From positions 14,014 to 46,013 of the forward strand of contig NQJD01000020.1 in the NCBI GenBank assembly GCA_004284765.1: a DNA stretch of 32,000 bases, read 5' to 3'. The notes below the pieces were generated by a model. That model ran no database searches. It was given only the letters and a program-made list of their open reading frames with translations, and was not told the DNA's origin. Positions 26,139 through 32,000 of this stretch are shown here, piece after piece. A program made the translations under genes and the position numbers. Each line of letters opens with the position of its first letter. Position 1 is the stretch's first letter. Source of the stretch: Candidatus Electronema aureum (GTDB lineage Bacteria > Desulfobacterota > Desulfobulbia > Desulfobulbales > Desulfobulbaceae).

Positions 26139-26600
26139 ATGGACGTTTCACCCGTGTTGATCTGGTTTCTGTTCGGGATATTCTGTTTTTTCACTGAACT
26201 GATTTTTCCCAGTTTCTTCCTCTTCTTCCTCGGCATTGGGGCGTGGTGTGCGGCAGCGGTCTTGGCTGTGATCAGTGTGCCGCTTACCGCCCAGCTCCTC
26301 ATTTTTCTCGTCTGCTCACTCCTCAGTTTGATCCTGCTCAGAGCGCGGCTTAAATCAATTTTTAGCGGCAGTTCGAGCGAAGAAGCTGATTCTGTGAATA
26401 TGAATTCTACCCCTGCCACCGGGGTTGTCACTGATGCTATCATTCCACCTGCTGATGGCAGGGTCAAATACGGAGGTTCGTTCTGGCGAGCCACTTCTGA
26501 TGAACCTATTGCCGAGGGTACGGTGGTGTTGATTGTAGATAAGAAAGACCTTATTATCAAAGTTCGCGCCTTGAGTGCGAACAAGGAGGAGGTAACATGA
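26139..26600 (+). CDS. NfeD family membrane protein
   Basis: The N-terminal part has hydrophobic helices and the C-terminal part is a soluble beta-rich domain (GRVKYGGSFWRATSDEPIAEGTVVLIV). Its stop overlaps the start of the downstream SPFH gene (ATGA at 26597), the classic nfeD-stomatin pairing. An AAGGAG RBS is present. Confidence 0.8.
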   Translation: MDVSPVLIWFLFGIFCFFTELIFPSFFLFFLGIGAWCAAAVLAVISVPLTAQLLIFLVCSLLSLILLRARLKSIFSGSSSEEADSVNMNSTPATGVVTDAIIPPADGRVKYGGSFWRATSDEPIAEGTVVLIVDKKDLIIKVRALSANKEEVT

Positions 26601-27580
26601 GCGGTTTGTTATTTGGTGTCATTGTCTTAGTTATCTTTTTTATCATTTTGGTTTGGAAAACAGCAGTTATTGTTCCCCAGCGTAATGAATATGTAATTGA
26701 ACGATTGGGAAAATATCGTGACACACTGGAAGCTGGCTTTCATATCCTCATTCCTTTTCTCGACAAGATCGCCTACAAACGGAACCTAAAGGAAGAGCCG
26801 ATTGATATCGGCAGTCAAACCTGCATCACGGCGGACAACGTGACGTTAGAGGTTGATGGCATCATGTATCTCCAAGTGATCAACTCGCGCCAGTCAGCCT
26901 ACGGCATTGCAGATTATCATTTCGCCGCCTCTCAGCTTGCACAGACCTCGCTCCGCTCCGCCATCGGCAAGATCACTTTGGACAGCACCTTTGAAGCCAG
27001 AGAAACCCTGAACAAGCAGGTGGTTGAGGCGATTGACGATGCGGCTCAGAACTGGGGCATCAAGGTGCTGCGCTACGAGATCAAAGATATTCAGCCACCG
27101 CGCTCAGTGCTGGAAGCGATGGAAAAGCAGATGCAGGCCGAGCGCGAGAAGCGGGCCGAGATCGCCCGTTCCGAAGGCGATCGGCAGTCGATGATCAACC
27201 GGGCTGAGGGTGAACGTTCCGAGGCTATTGCCCGCTCCGAGGGCGAAAAGATGAAGCGGATCAACGAGGCCGAGGGCCGGGCGCAGGAAATCCTCAAAGT
27301 CGCCGAGGCCACAGCTGAAGGAATCCGCAAGGTCGGCGAAGCACTGGCTTCCACTGGCGGTCGAGAGGCAGCTAATCTTGAGGTGGCCAAGAAATATTTG
27401 GATGAATTCGGCAAACTGGCCAAGGTGAACAACACCATGATCGTGCCCGGCAATCTCACTGACGTGGCAGGCATGGTTGCCACGGCCATGACCACCCTGC
27501 GGCAGACGAGCAAAACAGCAGCACCGGTGTCTGTTGCTGCCCGGCCTGAAGCTCACTTAGAGCGACCGCCAGTACGCTGA
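26597..27580 (+). CDS. SPFH/band-7 (stomatin/paraslipin-like) protein
   Basis: It has an N-terminal transmembrane segment, an SPFH pattern (VPQRNEYVIERLGKY...TADNVTLEVDGIMYLQV) and a C-terminal E/R/A-rich coiled coil. Confidence 0.85.
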   Translation: MSGLLFGVIVLVIFFIILVWKTAVIVPQRNEYVIERLGKYRDTLEAGFHILIPFLDKIAYKRNLKEEPIDIGSQTCITADNVTLEVDGIMYLQVINSRQSAYGIADYHFAASQLAQTSLRSAIGKITLDSTFEARETLNKQVVEAIDDAAQNWGIKVLRYEIKDIQPPRSVLEAMEKQMQAEREKRAEIARSEGDRQSMINRAEGERSEAIARSEGEKMKRINEAEGRAQEILKVAEATAEGIRKVGEALASTGGREAANLEVAKKYLDEFGKLAKVNNTMIVPGNLTDVAGMVATAMTTLRQTSKTAAPVSVAARPEAHLERPPVR

Positions 27581-27593
27581 TTGCCAGTTGACA

Positions 27594-27659
27594 GCAGACA
27601 GAGCTGGCTGCTACATTGAAGGATGCGTAGCTCTGTTTGCATGACGTTTTCTTTTTTTT
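27594..27659 (+). terminator. probable terminator after the SPFH gene
   Basis: GCAGACAGAGCT / AGCTCTGTTTGC forms 12 bp including one G-U, with a 23-nt loop. TTTTCTTTTTTTT begins 7 nt after the stem. Confidence 0.45.
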
Positions 27660-27685
27660 AGATATCTCAACCTGAGGTGTGGTTT

Positions 27686-27871
27686 ATGTTCGGACTGGGA
27701 ATGCCTGAGCTGATTATCATTCTGGTCATCATCGTGATCATTTTTGGAGCTGGTAAGCTGCCGGAGATTGGTTCTGGCATTGGCAAGGGAATCAGAAACT
27801 TCAAAGACAGCGTCAAAAAATCAGACGATGATCCCAAGACCATAGAAAAGGACAACAGTAAAGAGAGCTAA
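27686..27871 (+). CDS. tatA: twin-arginine translocase subunit TatA/E
   Basis: [40 protein letters not shown] is canonical TatA. A GAGGTG RBS precedes it. I use the ATG at 27686 rather than the GTG at 27677 in the ORF track. Confidence 0.85.
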   Translation: MFGLGMPELIIILVIIVIIFGAGKLPEIGSGIGKGIRNFKDSVKKSDDDPKTIEKDNSKES

Positions 27872-27911
27872 AGTGCAGCCCTGACAACCTTCTCATAGGA
27901 GTGAAACTGTC

Positions 27912-28166
27912 ATGTTTGGACTCGGAACCCCTGAATTAGTCGTGATTTTTGCCATTGCCTTTCTGCTCTTTGGTGGTAAAAAACTGCCGGAGATCGGTGC
28001 AGGTTTGGGCAAAGCCATCCGCTCATTTAAAAGCGGCTTAGATGAAGTGGAAGAATCAACCGGTATAGAGGGCATTACAAAGCAGTTGCCCGGTGTACGC
28101 GAGGTTGCTGCGGTGCAGGAAAAAATTGATCAAGCAAAGAGTATTGGCAGGATGCTGACGAAGTGA
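27912..28166 (+). CDS. second TatA/TatB-family paralog
   Basis: MFGLGTPELVVIFAIAFLLFGGKKLPEIGAGLGKAIRSFK with a longer acidic tail. An AGGAGTG RBS is present. Confidence 0.8.
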   Translation: MFGLGTPELVVIFAIAFLLFGGKKLPEIGAGLGKAIRSFKSGLDEVEESTGIEGITKQLPGVREVAAVQEKIDQAKSIGRMLTK

Positions 28167-28225
28167 ATCGTTCAGATTGTTTATTTCTCAGCATTACTGT
28201 GCTGCAAAGAACTGTTTGTGTTGTA

Positions 28226-28267
28226 AACAGAAAAACACCAGCCTATAGCTGATCCAATAGGCTGGTG
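28226..28267 (-). terminator. rho-independent terminator for the minus-strand 143-aa gene, in a convergent intergenic region
   Basis: CACCAGCCTAT-(10 nt)-ATAGGCTGGTG is a perfect 11-bp stem (28236-28267). On the minus strand it is followed by TTTTTCTGTTT. Confidence 0.7.
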
Positions 28268-28283
28268 AACAAGTTCAAGACGC

Positions 28284-28715
28284 TTACTGCCCGATTTCAG
28301 CCTTGACGATATTGCTTTTGCTGCAAGAGCCTTTTGATATAACGGGGGTCACGCAGACGAGTGCATATATTTCATCGACAGGAACAAGATGCAGCGAGTC
28401 TTCATCCAGCACGTCTTCCCCTAAGATTACGCTCCGTTCAAAAGTGTAAGGTGGTACGTGTATAATTTTTGTTGAAAAGTTGTACAGCTTATCGTCAATC
28501 CCGTCCTCATAGGGAGGACACCATTCTTCATTCGGTGAACATTGCTCGTCATGCGGAGCATCTGACCCCCAAAGCGATATATCTTCTTTAAAAAGAAGCC
28601 CCTTGGTCAGCTCCTCTAACTTCGATAGCTTGAGCTTGTACGAGACAGTCACCTTAATAGCTTTGCTGGGTTTGTTTTGTTCGAGCGTCAGCTTGACATC
28701 ATAGACAATAGCCAT
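28284..28715 (-). CDS. hypothetical protein, 143 aa, low-GC orphan
   Basis: The ATG start has a GAGGGAGAG RBS. Sampled lines are 33-45% GC. I see no signal peptide or known motif. The gene has its own terminator. Confidence 0.6.
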   Translation of the reverse strand: MAIVYDVKLTLEQNKPSKAIKVTVSYKLKLSKLEELTKGLLFKEDISLWGSDAPHDEQCSPNEEWCPPYEDGIDDKLYNFSTKIIHVPPYTFERSVILGEDVLDEDSLHLVPVDEIYALVCVTPVISKGSCSKSNIVKAEIGQ

Positions 28716-28749
28716 GTTACTCTCCCTCTATCACTTTTAGCGAAATGCC

Positions 28750-28795
28750 GACAGGTTGATCCCTAAGCAGTTATACTGCTTGAATTCAACCTGTC
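28750..28795. other. nested perfect palindrome between metV-like and the 143-aa gene
   Basis: GACAGGTTGA tccct AAGCAG ttata CTGCTT gaat TCAACCTGTC has 10-bp outer arms and 6-bp inner arms. No T-run follows on either strand. Confidence 0.7.
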
Positions 28796-28809
28796 AGCGT
28801 ATGAAGACC

Positions 28810-29478
28810 CTACACCGTCAAATCCTCCCGTACCCTCTTCCTTGGCCCACCATGCCCAGAGCTTGACCAATCGCGGATAGGTGCTGATGCAGTCAGCTCC
28901 TGCTGCCGCTCTAACCTGCCCATGCGGTCGTAGATCATCTGCCAGACGCAATCAGTCTCGGCATTGATCTCACAGCGGCCATTAACCGAGCCACCACAGG
29001 GGCCATTCATCAGGCTCTTGGCACAGCGGGCCACAGGGCAGAGGCCGCCAGTGAAGTGCAGCACACAGTGGCCGCAACCTGCACACATCTCCTTCCACAC
29101 GCCTTGCTCGGCAGAGCCACCAAAGAAGGTGGTATTCAGGGCGGGATACACATGCTCGGCAGGCCGCAGATTGGCAATGAAATTCACGCCGACCCCGCAG
29201 GCAGTCGAGAGAATAGCATCGTACTGGCCTTTGTACTGATCAAGGCTGTCGATGTATTCTTTGTCGCACTGACGCACCAAAGATGCCGTGTTTACCTCAG
29301 CCTCCTTGCCTTCCTTCTGCAAGCCGAGGCGCACCAGCGAGGCAAGTATCTCTGCTTCTCGCTCCCCGCCTGCGGAGCAGACTGTGACACAGCCCTTGCA
29401 GGCCAGCACGAGGATGCGCTTGCAGTCCTGCACCATCTTCAGTATTTCAGCCAGCGGCTTCCGTTCAGCTACTATCAT
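28810..29478 (-). CDS. MetV-like protein (stand-alone MTHFR C-terminal Cys-rich domain protein)
   Basis: The Cys-rich C-terminal half, CAGCGHCVLHFTGGLCPVARCAKSLMNGPCGGSVNGRCE, matches the C-terminal domain of the MetF fusion at 11355-12827. It sits directly downstream of the mvhD-like gene. Confidence 0.7.
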   Translation of the reverse strand: MIVAERKPLAEILKMVQDCKRILVLACKGCVTVCSAGGEREAEILASLVRLGLQKEGKEAEVNTASLVRQCDKEYIDSLDQYKGQYDAILSTACGVGVNFIANLRPAEHVYPALNTTFFGGSAEQGVWKEMCAGCGHCVLHFTGGLCPVARCAKSLMNGPCGGSVNGRCEINAETDCVWQMIYDRMGRLERQQELTASAPIRDWSSSGHGGPRKRVREDLTV

Positions 29479-29500
29479 GGCAATCTCCCAATACGATAAA

Positions 29501-29923
29501 TCAAGCCGCCTTGCGGCAGAAAGGACTTGGCCCGAGGCTGCGGATCAACGCATCCATTTCCTCAGCTACGGCAATGAACTCAGGATGCAGGCCGCGCTCT
29601 ACGTGGTACATCCGCACCCGATCTTGTTCCACGCCCATCTCGACCAGGGCCTTGCGCACCGAGGCAACTCGCTTGGCCGCCCGCTGGCTGCCCTTGACAT
29701 TGTGGCAGCCATCCAGCGGGCAGCCGACCACATACACGCCGTCCGCCCCGTCTTCAAAGGCTTTGAGCAGGTCAGTCTCTTCTATCTTGCCGGTGCAGGC
29801 CAAGCGGGTCATGGTGATGTTGGCCGGGAAGTTCAGTTCCCGCAGGATACTGCCGCCCTCGGTGCAGCTCTGCTGGGCGGTGTAATGACAGCTGAACAGA
29901 CGGATGTCTGGTGTGAAACTCAT
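29501..29923 (-). CDS. MvhD-like (methyl-viologen-reducing hydrogenase delta subunit family) protein
   Basis: The pattern LACTGKIEETDLLKAFEDGADGVYVVGCPLDGCHNVKGSQRAAKR is the MvhD/FlpD family pattern. The start is the ATG at 29921-29923 with a GGAGAG RBS. The longer frame in the ORF track is rejected. Confidence 0.75.
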   Translation of the reverse strand: MSFTPDIRLFSCHYTAQQSCTEGGSILRELNFPANITMTRLACTGKIEETDLLKAFEDGADGVYVVGCPLDGCHNVKGSQRAAKRVASVRKALVEMGVEQDRVRMYHVERGLHPEFIAVAEEMDALIRSLGPSPFCRKAA

Positions 29924-29940
29924 CGTTCTCTCCACAGATG

Positions 29941-30504
29941 TTAATTTGCGCAGCAGGCAGCGAGCAACCGCTCGTCTTCGGCCTGATTGAGGACAATAGC
30001 CTGAGCTGGGCATTCGCCCGCGCAGATACCGCACGCCCGGCACTCAGTCGGGTCAATAGTTGCTACACCGCTGTTGTCGATCTTAGGAATGTCCCAAGGA
30101 CAGACCCGGATACAGGTGAGGCAGGAGACGCAGAGATCACGCTGCACCTGAGCAGCCTTGCCTTTCTCAACCAGCTGCTCCAGCGTGACATAGCCCTTCT
30201 TCAGAGCCAGCTTGCGCAGCACGGTCATGATGTCAGCAAAGCCCACATTCTGCGGGCAGACCGGCACACAGCTGCGGCAGCCAGAGCAGTACCAGAGCAG
30301 GTCAGAGGAGAGCAGCCGTTCCTCCATGCCGAGGCGAATCATGTGGATGATTTTACGGGGATCGTAGGCCGGAACCGCCATGCTCACCGGGCAGGCACTG
30401 GAGCAGGCACCGCAGGCAAAGCAGGAGTTCAGGTGTTCGCCACCGAGTTCAGCCGCCACCTCGGTGCTGAACCCGGAGCTTGTTGTAAAGACTTGGAGAG
30501 ACAT
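29941..30504 (-). CDS. iron-sulfur protein with four CX2CX2CX3CP motifs (HdrC-like plus a 2x[4Fe-4S] ferredoxin domain)
   Basis: The four motifs are CFACGACSSACP, CSGCRSCVPVCP, CVSCLTCIRVCP and CRACGICAGECP. An AAGGTGG RBS is present. Confidence 0.75.
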   Translation of the reverse strand: MSLQVFTTSSGFSTEVAAELGGEHLNSCFACGACSSACPVSMAVPAYDPRKIIHMIRLGMEERLLSSDLLWYCSGCRSCVPVCPQNVGFADIMTVLRKLALKKGYVTLEQLVEKGKAAQVQRDLCVSCLTCIRVCPWDIPKIDNSGVATIDPTECRACGICAGECPAQAIVLNQAEDERLLAACCAN

Positions 30505-30554
30505 ACTGCCACCTTAATATATGTTGAATGGGGAATGATCAGTCAGATAGCGCA

Positions 30555-30583
30555 TAAGTACCCTACTCAGGGACTTTTGTCAA
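30555..30583 (-). promoter_or_regulatory. candidate sigma70-type promoter for the Fe-S / mvhD / metV-like operon
   Basis: The minus strand reads TTGACA (30583-30578), a 17-nt spacer, then TACTTA (30560-30555), about 50 nt upstream of the ATG at 30504. Confidence 0.35.
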
Positions 30584-30621
30584 CGATGACAGAGAAGCCA
30601 TCAGCCTGCCTTGCCGTATCA

Positions 30622-31848
30622 TCAGTTGCGCAGAAGGAGGAAGTTGATAGCAGGCAGCGCGGCACTAACCGGCCCACCGAAGACATAGGCAGAGCCTTTG
30701 GCACTGTCATCGCCATACGCTCCGACGACCACCGTATCCCCATCCACGGCCACGGAAGAGCCGAAATAGTCATCAGCGCCTCCGTCAGCGGCGACCAGCT
30801 TGCTTTGCTGGTTCCATGTGCTGCCCGTGCAAGTAAAGACGTATGCCGCGCCTTTGCTGGTGTCATTGTTAGAAGCCCCGACAACCACCGTGTCCCCATC
30901 CACCGATACAGAATAACCAAACCAGTCAACCTCACTCCCGTCAGTGGCGGTTAGCTTTGGCTGCTGCTGCGTCCACACACCACTCGTGCGAGTAAAGACA
31001 TACGCCGCGCCTTTCTCAGTGTCATTACCGGAAGCACCGATGATCGCTGTGTCTCCATCCACTGACACAGAAGAGCCGAAATAGTCATCAGCGGCCCCGT
31101 CTGCGGCAATCAGCTTCTGCTGCTGGCTCCACACACTGCCCGTGCGGGTAAAGACGTATGCCGCGCCTTTTCTGCTGTCATTGCCGGAAGCACCGATGAT
31201 CGCTGTGTCTCCGGCCAGTGACACGGATGTGCCGAAGTAGTCATGAGTAGCCCCGTCATTATCGGTTAGCTTTGGCTGCTCGCTCCACACACCATTGGTA
31301 CGGGTAAAGACATACGCCACGCCTTTACCGCTGTCATTGCCGTGCGCCCCGATGATTGCTGTGTCGCCATCCACTGACACAGAAGAGCCGAAAAGGTCAT
31401 CAGCAACCCCGTCAGTGGCGATCAGCTTCTTCTGCTGGCTCCAGCTACCGCCCGCAGCCCGGACAAACACATAGGCCGAGCCGGAATCAGTGCCCTTGTC
31501 GTCATCGTGGCATGCCCCGATGATTGCCATGTCCCCGGACACAGCCACACTGACACCGAACTCGTCGCCAGCGGCCCCGTCATCGGCGGTCAGCTTCTGC
31601 TGGCTCCAGCTGCCGTCCACAGCCCGGGTAAAAATATAGACCGCCCCTTTCCCACCATCATCGTAGTGTGCCCCGATGACTGCCGTGTCCCCGGACACCG
31701 ACACGGAAGAGCCAAACTCCTCGCCATCGGCCCCGTCCCCTGTCAGCAGCTTCTTCGCCGTGGTCGGGTCAATGGCGGCCTGCGCTTGTCCGACCGCCAG
31801 CACGAGCAGCGCGGCCAAGAACAGCAGTCCCTTCAACGTTGTTTTCAT
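30622..31848 (-). CDS. secreted FG-GAP-repeat protein, predicted seven-blade beta-propeller
   Basis: It has a signal peptide (MKTTLKGLLFLAALLVLAVGQAQA) followed by seven units of about 52 aa, of the form FGxSVSVDGDTAIIGAxxxDxxKGAAYVFTRxxxxWxQQxKLxAxDGAxDDx. The underlying DNA repeats are near-identical in places; for example, ggaagcaccgatgatcgctgtgtctcc occurs at both 31029 and 31184. An AAGGAGG RBS is present. Confidence 0.8.
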   Translation of the reverse strand: MKTTLKGLLFLAALLVLAVGQAQAAIDPTTAKKLLTGDGADGEEFGSSVSVSGDTAVIGAHYDDGGKGAVYIFTRAVDGSWSQQKLTADDGAAGDEFGVSVAVSGDMAIIGACHDDDKGTDSGSAYVFVRAAGGSWSQQKKLIATDGVADDLFGSSVSVDGDTAIIGAHGNDSGKGVAYVFTRTNGVWSEQPKLTDNDGATHDYFGTSVSLAGDTAIIGASGNDSRKGAAYVFTRTGSVWSQQQKLIAADGAADDYFGSSVSVDGDTAIIGASGNDTEKGAAYVFTRTSGVWTQQQPKLTATDGSEVDWFGYSVSVDGDTVVVGASNNDTSKGAAYVFTCTGSTWNQQSKLVAADGGADDYFGSSVAVDGDTVVVGAYGDDSAKGSAYVFGGPVSAALPAINFLLLRN

Positions 31849-31905
31849 TCTGTCCTCCTTGCAAAGATGAATATAACCTAATGTGCAACTCTTAAAAAAG
31901 ATGCC

Positions 31906-31976
31906 CGATCCATTGGGCGCATCCTGTAGAATAGTGGTATCTAAGCCCTATTCACAAGGAGTGCGCCAATGGATCG
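31906..31976 (+). promoter_or_regulatory. fold-back inverted repeat that buries the start codon of the partial ORF at the window end
   Basis: CGATCCATTGGGCGCA (31906-31921) pairs with TGCGCCAATGGATCG (31962-31976) in 15 bp with one bulge. The 40-nt loop contains a TAGAAT -10-like hexamer (31927-31932) and the AAGGAG RBS (31956-31961). The ATG (31969-31971) lies inside the right arm. Confidence 0.5.
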
Positions 31977-32000
31977 AGACGATTTTGTTATTGCTGTCTT
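31969..32000 (+). CDS. 5' end of an unidentified ORF (MDRDDFVIAV...), truncated by the window edge
   Basis: The ATG has AAGGAG 7 nt upstream. Only 10 codons are visible, so no product can be assigned. Confidence 0.35.
   Translation, partial: MDRDDFVIAV

Noticed and set aside
28810-30504. Possible selenocysteine (in-frame TGA) recoding in the MvhD-like or Hdr-like genes, as seen in some sulfate reducers.
   Set aside because: All three ORFs are continuous with Cys at the expected motif positions. There is no interrupted frame or split ORF pair.
30622-30675. The C-terminal LPAINFLLLRN tail of the FG-GAP protein as a PEP-CTERM or other sorting signal.
   Set aside because: It has no PEP-like motif, the hydrophobic stretch is too short for a transmembrane helix, and it lacks a terminal basic cluster. 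The evidence is insufficient.
29938-30954. A 338-aa plus-strand ORF, with similar long antisense ORFs at 29288-29944, 14669-15409, 18387-18944 and 10107-10451.
   Set aside because: These lie antisense to genes with clear family motifs (Fe-S protein, FG-GAP, MvhD, M23/bactofilin, YihY, Aas-like). They have low-complexity R/A/G/P-rich translations and no RBS. They are typical shadow ORFs of GC-rich coding DNA.

Overview
This is a 32-kb chromosomal segment. Sampled housekeeping lines are in the mid to high 50s % GC. The gene content suggests an anaerobic Desulfobacterota-like (deltaproteobacterial) genome. That placement is inferred from the HdrC-like/MvhD/MetV genes, a MetF-MetV fusion, tandem pilT genes and a bactofilin; no search was run.

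Recognisable genes, in order: argG (partial, missing from the ORF track), argF, tRNA-Ala(GGC), rpmB, an M23 peptidase, a bactofilin, two pilT paralogs, a yihY/BrkB-family gene, a MoaE-like gene, an MltD-like lytic transglycosylase, a NUDIX hydrolase, a zapB-like gene plus zapA, rny, tyrS, nfeD plus an SPFH/band-7 gene, and two tatA-like genes.

Content that standard annotation does not explain:
1. A minus-strand operon at 3205-11031 encodes a PlsC-ACP-adenylation tri-domain protein, a transglutaminase-like protein, an ABC ATPase, a metallophosphoesterase with a twin-arginine N-terminus, and a large permease. Its only large internal gap is filled by twelve in-phase 21-bp repeats with a CTTT-N5-AAAG palindromic core. 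This is my best candidate for an undescribed envelope or lipid-related system.
2. Two low-GC single-gene orphans with no recognisable motifs: 351 aa wedged between argG and argF, and 143 aa sitting directly downstream of metV, the position metF occupies in the hdrCBA-mvhD-metVF clusters of acetogens as I recall them.
3. A roughly 179-nt plus-strand structured RNA candidate directly downstream of zapA. It has its own promoter-like signals, a 25-bp closing helix with six G-U pairs, and a U-tract. It is 6S-RNA-like by synteny and shape.
4. A REP-like hairpin repeat family whose copies differ by compensatory stem changes.
5. A secreted seven-blade FG-GAP propeller next to a truncated ORF whose start codon is buried in a 15-bp fold-back stem.
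6. A 178-bp AT-rich element bounded by 21-bp imperfect inverted repeats.

All product calls rest on motifs read by eye. No database search or folding computation was possible.
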